Shown: positions 12,061-24,520, counted from the stretch's first letter. The stretch is 64,000 nucleotides of DNA from Saccostrea echinata (GCF_033153115.1 NW_026889778.1:44454001-44518000); one strand, 5' to 3'. The notes: a model not told the origin generated them from the letters alone. Made by a program: numbers and translations.

Positions 12061-13904
12061 TTTAAGGTGAGTCAATATCCACTTACAAGGAAGTCACAAG
12101 GCAATGTTGTTCCTGAAAGCTTCCATGTTTCAATATAATACCGAAACTTCATGTTTTACCTAATTTAACTTCCAAATGCTGGGTACATAAAATTTCAGTT
12201 TCTTTCCGACAATGTTCCAGCCCATAACATGCATAAGGCATAGCTCACACAGGATTATCTGTAACGCACAAGGTATCCTGCATATTTATCAGATCTTCTG
12301 CAGTATTTTTTTCCGAATTGCAATTAAACAAAACAAGAGAGCAATCGCAGTCAGTAAAAGGTTTTGCTATGTTTCTGAATCTGAGGGGTATACCAAGAAA
12401 AAGGGTGTTAACTTTTTTGCTGGATTAAACGACTTAGCTCCTCATGAAATACAGGAGAGGCTACCTTGAGGTATGTTATAAATGTACTAGTATTCTACAT
12501 GTGCTTTGGGCAAAATATCGTGTAACAAAAGTGTTGTTCAAGAAATTATTGAACGCTCCTCGTATAAACGTCGCCTCTTACTATGAAACTGTATTTGTCA
12601 AAATCATTTTATAACTTTAACAAAAAATTCAGCTGTCTAAGTTTTAATATGATACTTGGTGCTGATGGACTTTGAGCAGTGATGGTTCCTTCACCTGCCA
12701 CAGTGACACCTGTTCTGACAATTGTCATAATGTTTTGTTTGTTTATGTGTCTGTTACAAATTTTAAAAAGTCTTATTAAACATATTTTTGAATATTCTAT
12801 TTTTAATTTCAAAACATAATGGGGGAAAATCTTCTACGAAAATATTTCTTTTGTCATGAAATTAAGAAACAAGGAATTAATAAAATTTATATTAGTATAT
12901 TTCGGATGTACTAGTCAAGTACATACTTCAAACCAACAAAGAATTCTTCCGCTTTCTCTCCAAAAATGAACACATAAATTTTACGACCACAGTCTTTTGC
13001 ACTGAGATCTATATGTTTTAAAACCGAGTGAGTGAATCGTTATCATTTTTTCATTAACAGGTGTTGGTATCGGTACTGAAAGTATTTTTGGATAATTTTA
13101 TGCTATGGTGACGATATTTGACGTTCTTTTTCTTACTTTCAACATGTTTATTTCTTCTTAAAAAACAGTGAACCAATCTGAACGAATCTTGATTTTAAAA
13201 AAATTGATGATTTGCCATTAATCATATTCCGTTAATCAAAGGAATGCAGGAACAAAATTCTTAGTTGAGCAAAGACCAAAGAATGAGTAGAAATTTAAAC
13301 ATGCATTTAGCTACCTTGCTAACATCATTTTTTGCATTCGATTCAAAGAGCAGGATATTGAAAAAAAATTCCAATCTATGGACTAAAAGCCAATGGTTAA
13401 AGGATATTAATGTGAGAGTTATTTTACATATATAGCAAGTTTTCAATAACTAAAGTTGCCTACATATACCTGAATGATCCAATAGGGGTATCATATTGAT
13501 AGTAATGATTGTTTTTTCTCTATAAAATTTGTTCTATTTTTACGAAAGTATTCTGGACATTGACTTCAAGATATTTACATAAAATATGAAAACTTGTAGC
13601 TTGAATATGTTAATTAATGTAAAAAGAATTGTGTAATTTATGAAAATCTTTCTATTTAGCTAATGCAACATGAACATTGTTTTTAATAAGCAATCTATAA
13701 GATACTGAAACTATTATCATGTTACATAGCATATATGTTTCAAGGCAATTTTACCATTATATGGTATATACACTTAGACGTATTTGTTCATGTAAATGTA
13801 ATCTATGAACACCTCCTGCCGCTAATAAACTGAAAACTTAAGAATTAACCCTTATAACAGATCAAAACTTAACGAAATTAAAATGCCTTTTATTTGATAA
13901 AAAT

Positions 13905-14813
13905 AAACCAGAAGTCTCTGATAAGACTGTAGCTCTACTGGTTTGTACTTAAAAAAGTAGCGTTTGGACTTGAAACTATGCAACAGCAATAAATAGAATA
14001 CTATAACGATTCCTGTTGAGTTTCTTTTTGTAGCAAGATTTATTGCAATCAGACTAAAACTGTAGGAGGAGTAGCCCTTCTAAAGGATTTTACAGAATTT
14101 TTTTTATTTTTAGTAACCATGGCAAGACTGTTCATTAAAAACTTAAACCATTAAACTATATAATTGTAAATCATACTGTATTCCACTTGAGTGCCAAGTT
14201 ACACTGTTATCAGACCAAATCTGTACGAGCATTAGCATTTTGAAAGTACATGTATTTCACAAAAATTTCTATTTTTTAATCATGGCAAATACCGTTCATC
14301 AAAATTAAAAAAAAAAACAATATACAGAATTATGAATCTTAGTGTAATCTATTTGTGTGCCAAGTAATATTGAAATCAGACCAAAACTGCAGGAGTAGCA
14401 TTTTGAAAGTATTTCACAGAGATTTCTATTTTTCATAACCATGGCAACACCGTTCAACGAAATAAAAAAAAAAGGATACATAGAATTTTGCATATAACAG
14501 TAGTCTACTTGTGTGCCAAGTTACATTGAAATCATACCAAAACTGACTGAGGAGCAGCATTGAAAGTATTTCACAGAAATTTCATTTTTATTAACTATGA
14601 AACACCGTTCATGGAAATCAAAAACCGAAATACAGAATTATGCATCTTAGTGTAGTGTACATGTGTGCCAAGTTATACTGAAATCAGACCAAAATTGTGG
14701 AAGGAATAGCAATCTGAAATTTTTTTACAGGAAGACAGAAAGACAGCTAAACTGACGGTTGACATTTTACTATTGCATTAAGCTCTTCTGGTCTCTGACC
14801 AGTAGAGCTAAAA
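13905..14813 (-). mobile_element. Helentron-type element with ~5 tandem ~160-bp units
   Basis: Inverted ends agctctactggt / accagtagagct; repeated 'gtgccaagttacattgaaatcagaccaaaactg..ggagtagcatt' units. Confidence 0.75.
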
Positions 14814-15205
14814 TAGTGCATAAACAATTTATTATTTTCTTTGCAAAATGCTGCCACTGAAGAATGCTAAAGTTTTGTTGCTTGAAATAGTATAGTTATT
14901 ACCTCATCTTCAGTAATTAACATTAACATCATCTGTTATCACAATTTATTAAACATGTGGTACACTGTAGCACCTTGATTATTAATGATAAAAGGTAAAA
15001 ATTGTCCTTAAAAAAGCAAGTTGTATCATATTTAGACAATTATTCAGATAAGTCATAAAATAATTCTTTCATAAGAATGAATGCATCAACCACATGCATG
15101 AAAGAAACATGTAAATTAGGGTTTAACTACAAAACTTCATAAAGTACAAAAACAACCGATTCATTTAATATTATGATTTCAAGATTCCATAATAATTATT
15201 ATATT

Positions 15206-15617
15206 AAACAAGATGTGTTTGTGAAACAATGATGCCCCTGTATGGCAACCTGTGGTGAAGGTCAAAGTTCTCAAATGCAAATCAAACTCCAAGGTCAAGA
15301 GATCAAAAATGTTGGTACCCAAAGAAAGGTCTTGTCACAAGGAATACACCTGTGAAAGATGAAAGCCCTAGCACCAACCATTTAAAGGTTATGACCAAGG
15401 TTTAAGTTTTTCAAAATAGGTCAAACTCCAAGGTCAAGGTAAAAGGTCAAAAATTGCTGTACCCTAGGACAGGTCTTATCACAAGGAATATACATGTGAA
15501 ATAAGAAAGCCATAGCTCCAACCAAACAAAAGTTATGGGCAAGGTTAAAAAAGACAGACAGACAGTCAGGGCAAAAACTATATGCCCCCAAATCTTCCAT
15601 TAGAGGGGCATAAAAAC
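15206..15617 (-). mobile_element. Helentron-type non-autonomous element in the COQ2 3' flank/UTR
   Basis: aacaagatgtgtttgtgaaac start, two 'tcaaactccaaggtcaag' units, gacagacag tract, hairpin tatgcccc..ggggcata. Confidence 0.7.
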
Positions 15618-15717
15618 TATGCCTTAATACATGCACTTGCAAAAAACATGTACATAAAAACATTAATAAATTCTTTATAATTTGACTTTCAATAATAATG
15701 CAATATCTTAGTTTTGC

Positions 15718-15867
15718 TCAAACTGTCTTCTTTTGGTTTGAATTCCCTTCCTCCTGCTTTAAAAGAGTTCCTAAAACAATTCCAAGGAACATTACACAAC
15801 CAAGTTGGGTGTTGGAGCGGAATTTTTTAGCGCAGTCGTCAGGATTTTCCAAGTCTACTGTGTACAA
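15718..15867 (-). CDS. COQ2: COQ2 last coding exon ([49 protein letters not shown])
   Basis: Acceptor tttttcag|TTG; 150 nt to TGA 15718-15720. Confidence 0.93.
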   Translation of the reverse strand: MYTVDLENPDDCAKKFRSNTQLGCVMFLGIVLGTLLKQEEGNSNQKKTV

Positions 15868-18800
15868 CTGAAAAACAGAATATCATGATTACATAATGAT
15901 CATTTCAACACAAAGGATCATACTTGGTAGTCCACTATATAGTAATTGTGCTCATCTTTTATGTGTACTTGTACATGTTGTATATCCTATCTCTTAAATT
16001 AAACAGTTTTGATAACTACAAACATGTACTTGGTATGATCCCTGCCAAAATAGAAATTATCATAAGATAATAATTATATGTCAAGTACCTTTTTTATGTA
16101 CAATAAATGAAACATATATCACTTAGCCTTAATTACATGTTTGTACAGAACAAACCTTGACCTAAAATCTTGCTTCCTTTTGATATGCTGAAAGCACACA
16201 TACAATAAAAGAAAAAAAGACCTATAGGACCTACCTGGTGAGCAATATGAGCAGCTGTCAGTGACACAGCTGTGTAATAAGGCCAGGTCTGATCACACAT
16301 CTTCCCTGTAAGAACCAGTAATGACACCATGCCTGTCCCAAATCCGGCCAACCACGTCTTGGTTTGATCCCCAAACTTCAGAGCTGTAGACTTCACGCCT
16401 ATCAGCATGTCATCATATTTATCCTGATTCAAGACAAATCAATTTCTTGCAAGCCAAAGTTTTTAATAATAATTCAGTAATACAACTTAACAAAATTCTG
16501 TAAGTTGTTAACTTAGTTCAGTAGATTTTTTTTTTTTAATTCAAGATTTGAGTCTGAAAGAAATTACAAGTAATTTTACATATTAACTGATTTGTTAGAA
16601 TGTATTTTTTATATAATCTTGTTGCAAGTATATGTCAAACAAAAATTAATCAGTGCTAAATGCTGAACAAGGCAAATTATATTTTTAAGCAGGTTATGTA
16701 CATTAAAGCAATTGGACATACATGTATATGTTATGTATGTATTATGTGTAATTCTAAAATGACAAGGTATGGTCATTTTAATTAGGGAATTATTTAAAGA
16801 AACCAATGTTACTTAAATTAAATAAGAATGGTAAACATGCATGCATTCTAATAGAGTTTCTAAATCATTGAATAATTGACCCATGGATCACAGTGCTCAC
16901 CTGTGTCAGTTTGTCAGTGAAATATTCATCTTATGCACACTTTATTAGAAATAAAAGTGACCTTGTTTGAGTCTGACTTGGAAGATGGTATACAGAGTTG
17001 AAGCAATTTACAGTCTTCGGACTATGCTCTTCCTCTCTTTTGTGATTGGTAGAACTTGCATGGTAAAAATTTTCAATTATTTCATTTGTTGAAATGTTAT
17101 TCCAGGCAAGGGAGTAAATTTTCTGATGATCTAATTTTCATATGACTTAACAATTTTTCAAGATTTTCAATCTTAAAAAAAATTAACAAAACAAACAGAG
17201 GGAAAATAGCAATAAATAAATCTAAATAACACTTTATTCTTTTATAACAATTACTAAAATGTGTTAACTTTCTATATTTTCATTGTAAACAGAAATGTTC
17301 TTTATTGCATGCAGGCTTTAGGGCTTCTACTTATTCTTTTTTCCCCTGTTTTGCACTGTCTTCATCCAGATGCTCTGTTTTCTCCATAAACTCTGACCAG
17401 CACAGTCAGAATTTACGGAGACAGGCGAGCGTCTAGTTGAACAAGACAAACTGTCTTTCACGTGGTAGGGCTAAATGACGGTAAAAAGCTGATGAAGGAA
17501 ATGCTCAAGAATAATACGGCCTGATAAGTGTAGGTTTTTAACTGTTTAAGGTTGTTGCTAAAATCCCTTTGAAAACTTTTATGCCTTTGTTCATAGAACT
17601 TTTATGACAACATTCCTAACTAGATGTCTGACTTTTCTGGAGATTCCAATTGCCTTAAAATAGGTTATAATGAGACTAAGCTCTGCTGACCATTCAGAGC
17701 TACATCTTTTTATTCAGTGAAATCAATGTAATATTTTAATGTTTTGGTGCCTTTAGTTATATAAATCTCTCAGAAAATCAGAACATATGTTAAAACATAT
17801 AATTGTTCTACATGTAATAAACTGTGTTTAAAACCACTTCTCAAAATGTAAAAATCTGAATAAAAAAATTAATTTTTTAAGACATGGAGCTTACTGACAA
17901 ATGACAAATTTCGAAAAATTTTAACTGAAATAAACAATCAAAATATAATATTTCATTCGTAAAAGAAATTTAAAAGAAAAATAATTTTTTGAAAAAAAAA
18001 AAACAAGCCTGATAGTAATTCAACACACACACAATGAATAGCATGCACTCACTTGATGGGCATATATGGTGTCATAAACCATGGTCCAGCAAAAGCCACT
18101 TAAATACAGAGGTAGGACAGAGAGAGGATCTAGCGAACCTGTGACAGCCGACCAGCCTAGCAGGGCTCCGTAGTTAAATGTAAGCCCTAGAGAAACAAAT
18201 GTAGAGGTTAAAGCATCAGCTTGAACTTGGCAGTTAAATGCTCAAATTCTGAGGAGTGGATGGCCACCACTAAGGCTAGAGGTTTTAAAAGAAATGCAGT
18301 TAATTGTTTAGTAACAATTTAATTTGGAGGAACAAGAAATTAAAGTTTAATGTGGTGCTTATAAAACATCACAGTCTTGTTAAAGAAGCTACTTTGTGCC
18401 TAGAAAGAAAAAGAGGAAAGCTCAGCAATTTTAGTACTTACTGCTAAGTTTATAGCCTAGCTGATATTTTAACACAGAAAACTCTAAAAGTCTGCAGTTT
18501 TAGCAGAGAGGCTTCTGATTAGGAGGAAAATTTTAATAAATGGAAATGATCTTTTCAAAACATGTTATGTATGTAAAAAATATAGTTCAATATTTCCCTG
18601 CAGTTTTTTCTGCATGTTAGAGAAATGATTGCCATGCTCAAGATATACATGGCTGCCACAGGTTGTACATGTACATGTATAGGATGTGGTTATTAAAGTT
18701 TAAATATTTTCTATCAGCTTAAGCCTTTAAAGTATAAAAAATCAATTGGTATAGATTTTCACATGGTAACATTCATACTAATCTGACATTTACTAAAAAG

Positions 18801-21800
18801 ATGCCCTTACTATACACTAAGAATTTCACTTGCACACACTTCTAAACAAATTGCATAATTATGTGGTTTTACTCTAAAATTTGAAAGCACACAGTTTTAA
18901 ATTAATGTAGTTTGATTTTTTTTTCATGCTTAAAACCATATCTAGCAATATTGTAATTAGTATTATCAATACTTTTTACAAATTGTCATTTATCATCAAT
19001 TCTAAGTGATGGGGATACTTTACAAGATTAATATTAATTAAATAATTTCCAACATTACTTGTTTGCCTTGTATTATGACATCTAAAATAGCTTAAAATGA
19101 AATTTTAAAAGAATGTATCAAAGAAAAATAGTACCTGTAGGAAAAATCAGGAAGCAAAAAGTTTATGTATATTGCAAAGTCCACTCTCTAAATAAATGTA
19201 TGCCACACATGGATATTTGCCTACACTCATTATGAACTTTAAGTATTATTGCCTATATCAAACAAAAAGGGCAAATGCATGTTATGTCAACATGGTCGTT
19301 GTGTTTTAAGCTTTCCTTTCTTTCAATGTCCTTTCCCCTTTTTTCCTATTTACTTAATACACAACAATTTGAAGCTGAATCAGACATTTTTTTCACCAAA
19401 ATGAGTTGACTGTTGTGATTTAACCCAAATAATATATCCATTAGAAATATGCATGGACATGGTGAATAAATATAATTGACAAACATGCAAAGGGAAAATA
19501 ATTTCTACCTGAAATTTTATGTAAAAATAGTAAAGAACATGCATACTAAAAAGGGTGCCCTAAAAAGAAGGAAACAATCATGCCTATTAAGAATAATAAT
19601 TATGGAAGTGAACTCCATGCATGCTGCATTTAAGGGTGCAACATACATGTAACTGATGTGCAATATGTACTACACATATGGAAATGTAAACAAATATATT
19701 TGCACTTATGCAATGAAAATTGTTTTTAGAAAAATCTTCTACCTCATTCTGTCACTAAAGGCATTAAAAGTTTGGCAAAAGCATTAATTCTGTGTTAAAA
19801 GGGAAGCAACTGATACCTGATGGGAATAAATGGTATCATAGGTGATAGTGTAAAGAATGCAGGCCAAGTAAAGGGGGATAACTGGTAACTGTAAGCAGCC
19901 GTGTATACCCGACCAGGCAATCAGGACACCCCAGTTCAGGGTCACTCCTGTCAAATTAGAAACACTCTATCAACATCTACGTAACCTGAGAGTTTTCTAC
20001 TTTTTTTTGTTTACACTTACATGTATTCTCACATTTCAAATTGATCAATTTAAACTACATGCTTTACAGTTTACATGAAATTAAAAAAAAAAATAGTTAT
20101 TAAAAGAAAGATTCTTGAATATATAAATTCATGTGCTTAGTATTTTCAGAACTTTTACATGTGAATTTGTTTTTACCTTTAAACTCAATGTATGGTAAAA
20201 CTTGCATTATATGAACACAGATAGAGAGAACTTATGAATATAATGAAGTTCTTTGGGTCCCTGACAACACTCTAAGCAATTCCTTTTAAAATTTCATGGT
20301 TATAGTGAATTCTGATTTAACAAATTTACAGATATAGTGATTTTCTATTCCACAGAAATTACAAATAATGAAATTTACATCTTTCATGATAACAACTTCT
20401 CAAATTTCCAATTTAAAAAATATCTGACATTATTTTTGCAAGTATTTATAATAGAAATTTCATGAAACAAAAACTTAGGGGCCTGGACACAGTTGCATTG
20501 TTTACAATTTTAAATGTCTATATTTATTAAAAAAATAACTTCACTTCAATGATTTGAACTTTCATGAATACTCTAAGAATTTAATGACAACAACATTCTG
20601 CACAACATCACATCAAACACCTGTGTTTTAAACGGGCACGAGGTCTTTTATTGCTAGCGTTTACGTTTTTCCAGGTGTGTTCAAACTGATTAGTCTACAC
20701 ACATCACTGAACATGGACTCACAATACTGATTTTGTTTTCTGGCATTTCTTCTCTGAACTTTCTGGATTATAGTTTTCATATTTTTCATTAAAACACAAC
20801 AAAATTTCTACTGTCTTTTAAGTATTATGGATAAATTTTACTTTGTGAAAGTTCAAGGATATGTGTCAATCATGCCCGTCCCAAAAATTGTAGTTTTAAT
20901 AATTTCCAGACAGATAACAGAATTTTCTTAATAGGCTTTTAATATATTTTGGTGTGAAATGCTCTAGCAAAAGATAAGTCATGATATCATTTAGAAAATT
21001 TTAGAAAATATTAGATTCAAATATGTGTCCACGCCCCTTTAATACTTTACTGAGCACATTCAGTAGTCAAAAGAAAGAAAACATGTATATTGCTGATGCA
21101 ATCACTATATATATTTTTATTAATTCGTTATGCAGATACAACAAATAATGGATATAGCGAAGTAAATATACAGGTCCCCAGGACTTCCCTATAACTGAGT
21201 TTTACTGTATATCTAATAAAAGGAATTTGCTGTGTGTATTTTCCTCTTCTTTTGAGTCCCATATGATAGATGCATCTTTGCATCTATTCTGTGGGAACTG
21301 ACAGTTTTGGCCCAGTCACTATGGTTATTCATATCTTAACTTCATGAAAATTTCACATCACCAGAATTTTTTTGTGACAGTATTTTGATTAAACTATGTA
21401 AACAACCTAAAAATATATTATTGCAATTTACCATTAAAAAAAAAACATTTGAAGATGATCATTTGAAAAATATTCAAGGGAGAGAGAACATATGATTTGA
21501 TTGTGATTATGTACATGTAAATGTATCAATGGAAACTCCACGGTTATGAAATGAAAATAGCAAAAGTATGATTTGTAGTGTGAAACACTTCAAAAGCTTC
21601 CGAGGTAAAAACACTTGCCTAGTAATGCTTGTGGCCAGAATGTGTATCTCTTTGCGAGGGGATATGTGATCACCAGTCCCATTGATGCTGCTCCAAGGAC
21701 AACACTAAAAATTCATTATCAGATTAAGAACTTTCATTCAGAAAGGTAACATACTGACATGCTACTGAACAAACCATCTTTCCAAGGATGCACAACTTGA

Positions 21801-23010
21801 TTATACATTAATTATAAAATAATTCCAGATACAGATATATCCAGTTTTACTGGAATTACATAATGATTATTTTGATGGCAGAGCTATAATAATTTAAAAA
21901 AAATAACTTTTGGAAAATCTTTGACCTCTGCACACACTTTTATGTAACAACAACCCCCTTTATATACTCTACCTGTACCAGTTAAGCTGTAGAAGAATAC
22001 CCAGTGATATTGACAACATCCCAGCTAGACACACCAAACCCTGAAACTGAGACAACTCTCCACTGGCCAAGGGACGTAACTTTGTTCTCTCCACCTTCCG
22101 GTCAAAGTCTTTGTCCCACATGTCATTGATGATACACCCCGCCCCTCTCATGAAAAATGACCCCGCCCCAAACAATCCTAGTAGCCACAGGCTTGGCAGG
22201 CTGCCTGGGGCAGTGGCCAGGGCGATACTCCAAGTACAGGGCCAAAATAATAACCAGGTACCTGCAAATACAAATTGTAACTGTACAAATAATTTCAGAG
22301 AACTTATGAACAGAAGATGAATTACTTAAGTGTATGTTTAAGTTACTACTTTTAAATAATCACCACATAACTTTGAGGAAAAATCACTCTTTCTTTAAAA
22401 ATGAAAAAATACTCCACCCTACTATTATGACATACAAGATATATTGTAGGTACATGTAAACAGATAAATCATCTACAGCAAATTGAGATGGTGTTTATAA
22501 GAATCACAATAATTAGCACACTGTCATGTAAAAGTTCTTACCAATCGGTTTGTCAAATCGGATCAGTCTCATGTAGGGTTGTAAAACTGCTGGAGAAGCC
22601 TCTAAAATTCCTTGTGGGGAAAGCTTGAATCTTCTTTTCTGGATAATTCTACCATCATTTAAGCAATGAGAGTTCAATAATGATGACAATTTGTTAGTGT
22701 TATCTGTATTAAAATTCATCAGGTGAAAACTTGAGAACTGCCTCCAATGAACATTGTCTGTGGGTAAAACCTTATTCACTGAACTTGTTCTTTTTTCACT
22801 AAGTGTCCTGCACTGATCCACTGCATGGAATAACAAGATAGGTGTATAGCAGCTTAAATGCAATTGTCTATTGTTTATTTTATTTTCTTGGAATCTGACA
22901 TTTACACTGTGATTCCAATGGAAATTTGCAACTGCTCTTGCAAAATGCCCAAGGCATAATGATCTTGCTTGTAAACAAGATAGAGCTGGTATCTTTATTA
23001 TTTTCAGCAT
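15718..23010 (-). CDS. COQ2: COQ2, mitochondrial 4-hydroxybenzoate polyprenyltransferase (UbiA family), spliced. Coding exons 22542-23010, 21973-22261, 21619-21704, [19817-19947 OR 18053-18186], 16235-16423, 15718-15867; 437 or 438 aa
   Basis: Motifs [59 protein letters not shown] and YDTIY(A/S)[18 protein letters not shown]. All exon phases join in frame. The N-terminus is long and basic, like a mitochondrial targeting sequence. Confidence 0.97.
16235..16423 (-). CDS. COQ2: COQ2 penultimate exon ([18 protein letters not shown]...HIAHQ)
   Basis: Acceptor gaatcag|GAT; donor CAG|gtaggt; 189 nt. Confidence 0.95.
18053..18186 (-). CDS. COQ2: COQ2 alternative exon, 'a'/ubiquinone type ([45 protein letters not shown])
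   Basis: Acceptor tttctctag|GG CTT; donor CAT CAA|gtgagt; 134 nt, open, phase 1 to 0; Phe in TFNYG and Ala in IYAHQ. Confidence 0.95.
19817..19947 (-). CDS. COQ2: COQ2 alternative exon, 'e'/rhodoquinone type ([44 protein letters not shown])
   Basis: Acceptor tttgacag|GA GTG; donor CAT CAG|gtatca; 131 nt, open, phase 1 to 0; Leu in TLNWG and Ser in IYSHQ. Confidence 0.93.
20193..21207. mobile_element. Tc1/mariner-type MITE in a COQ2 intron, with a nested Kolobok-like MITE (~20477-21038)
   Basis: ta|tggtaaaact...agttttactg|ta degenerate TIRs with gtccc subterminal motif; inner ggggcctggacac / gtgtccacgcccc. Confidence 0.6.
21619..21704 (-). CDS. COQ2: COQ2 coding exon 3 ([30 protein letters not shown]), ending in a GC donor
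   Basis: Acceptor tttttag|T GTT; 86 nt; donor CTA G|gcaagt. Confidence 0.93.
21973..22261 (-). CDS. COQ2: COQ2 coding exon 2 (first aspartate-rich motif NDMWDKDFD)
   Basis: Acceptor tttgcag|GT ACC TGG; donor TAC AG|gtagag; 289 nt, phase 1 to phase 2. Confidence 0.96.
22542..23010 (-). CDS. COQ2: COQ2 first coding exon (targeting region through ...RFDKPI)
   Basis: ATG at 23010; donor ATT G|gtaag at 22541; upstream acceptor ttttttccag ending at 23088. Confidence 0.92.
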
Positions 23011-23264
23011 TATGACTTAATTAGCACAGACTTCAGTTTCTTTCAACATCAATCTTCTCTTTGAGGAAAGTGTTCACTCAATATCAACTGGAAAAAATAA
23101 AACATCTTCAAAATACATGTATATCGTGCAGTTATTTATTTCTTAATCATATTATTTCATAGAGCACACAGCACACCGCACAAATGGCCACAGAATTAGC
23201 TCTTTAAGCCTTCGGCTCAGAAGAGCTAAAAATGCACATTTAAGAAAAATGTATGATAAAATAG

Positions 23265-24379
23265 GAGTGTGACTAAAATGGGTAGTAAATCCCATGCTGG
23301 GCTTGGAATTTTGAAACTGAAAACTGGGATTTTGCTAATAACTGAGAAAATACTTTATCTATTCATCATGAAACTTTAATATAATTCATTATTACAATAT
23401 TTGTCTTGGCAGTGAGTTTTAACCCTAAATATGTGTTTCAATGATCATGATGATTATCACCGATTGTCATTTTCCCGATCACTAAAATGGGTAGCATGCA
23501 AACCCGGCTTACTCATTTAAAGGATTTAAAACTAATTCTACCCAGAAAATTGGAAATCTTTATGTTTTATTGTTGTTTATTAACTTGAAGTACTTAAATA
23601 TTACAACCATTGCAAAAATTAATGTTGATAATCAAATAACGATAAAAAAATTTTAATACCCAGGACAGGCCAAAACTGGATGCATTTGCTGTGGAAACTG
23701 AAAAATTCCAAAATATTGCCATATATCTTAGTGGCATTGAAAAGATAAAGTCTGCATCAGCCATCTAGCTTGGTATTCAAGTATTAATTTGGAATTATGT
23801 CTGAAGAACTAGCTTGGGATATGGGTACTTACTAAGATTCATAAAGTTACTACCAGTAAATAAATGTATGATAATTAAAATCTACAAAGCTGGCTTGGTA
23901 CATGGGTATTAACTTGGAATTAATTTTAAAATAACATTGATCCTCTTGTCATTATCTCTGAGGTTCATCCCGCGTATTTAAAAAAATGTGTACTTGGTAT
24001 ATTTTCTATAATTGGTTAACATTTATATAACAGTAAGAATTTTTTTGTTTACCGGTACTTAGTTTAAGTTAATTTTCATCGATCCAACACGCATAATTGC
24101 AATTACATCACTGATATTAAGTAATAAACACAAAAATAAGTAAACCAGGTTTACTACTCATTTTTACAACAGTGAAAATGGCAATTGAAAATAGTCATTG
24201 AAAAAACATAATATTTGGGGATAAAACTCTCAGCAAAGACAAATATTCTTATAATAAATTATATCAGTAAGTTTCATAACGAATAAATAAGTATTTTTTC
24301 AGTAATTTGCAAAAATCTGGTTTTCAGTTTCAAAATTCCCAGCCTGGCCCAGGTTTAGCTACCCATTTTAGCCACACTC
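23265..24379. mobile_element. Sola2-like non-autonomous DNA transposon
   Basis: GAG...CTC termini; ~100-bp imperfect TIRs (gagtgtgactaaaatgggtag...ggaattttgaaactgaaaac / gttttcagtttcaaaattcc...ctacccattttagccacactc); 4-bp flanks atag/ataa. Confidence 0.75.
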
Positions 24380-24442
24380 ATAAAATAGCTAAATCAAGCT
24401 ATTTCAAATAGCAGTTAATCAAGTGTAACAGGAAAGGAGAAA

Positions 24443-24520
24443 ATGTATAGCTGGACAGGGAATCGAACTTGGGACCCCTGCATCAATAGTCAGGTGCTCT
24501 AACGACTGAGCTACCAAGGC
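24443..24520 (-). repeat. tRNA-derived SINE head / tRNA pseudogene
   Basis: Reverse complement reads ggtagctcagtcgttagagca...agttcgattccc, with A/B-box-like motifs but an imperfect acceptor stem. Confidence 0.6.

Noticed and set aside
18053-19947. Second COQ2 exon as an assembly artefact or uncollapsed haplotype
   Set aside because: The copies are highly diverged in DNA and protein, differ by a codon, have unrelated flanking introns, and carry the known a/e diagnostic residues.
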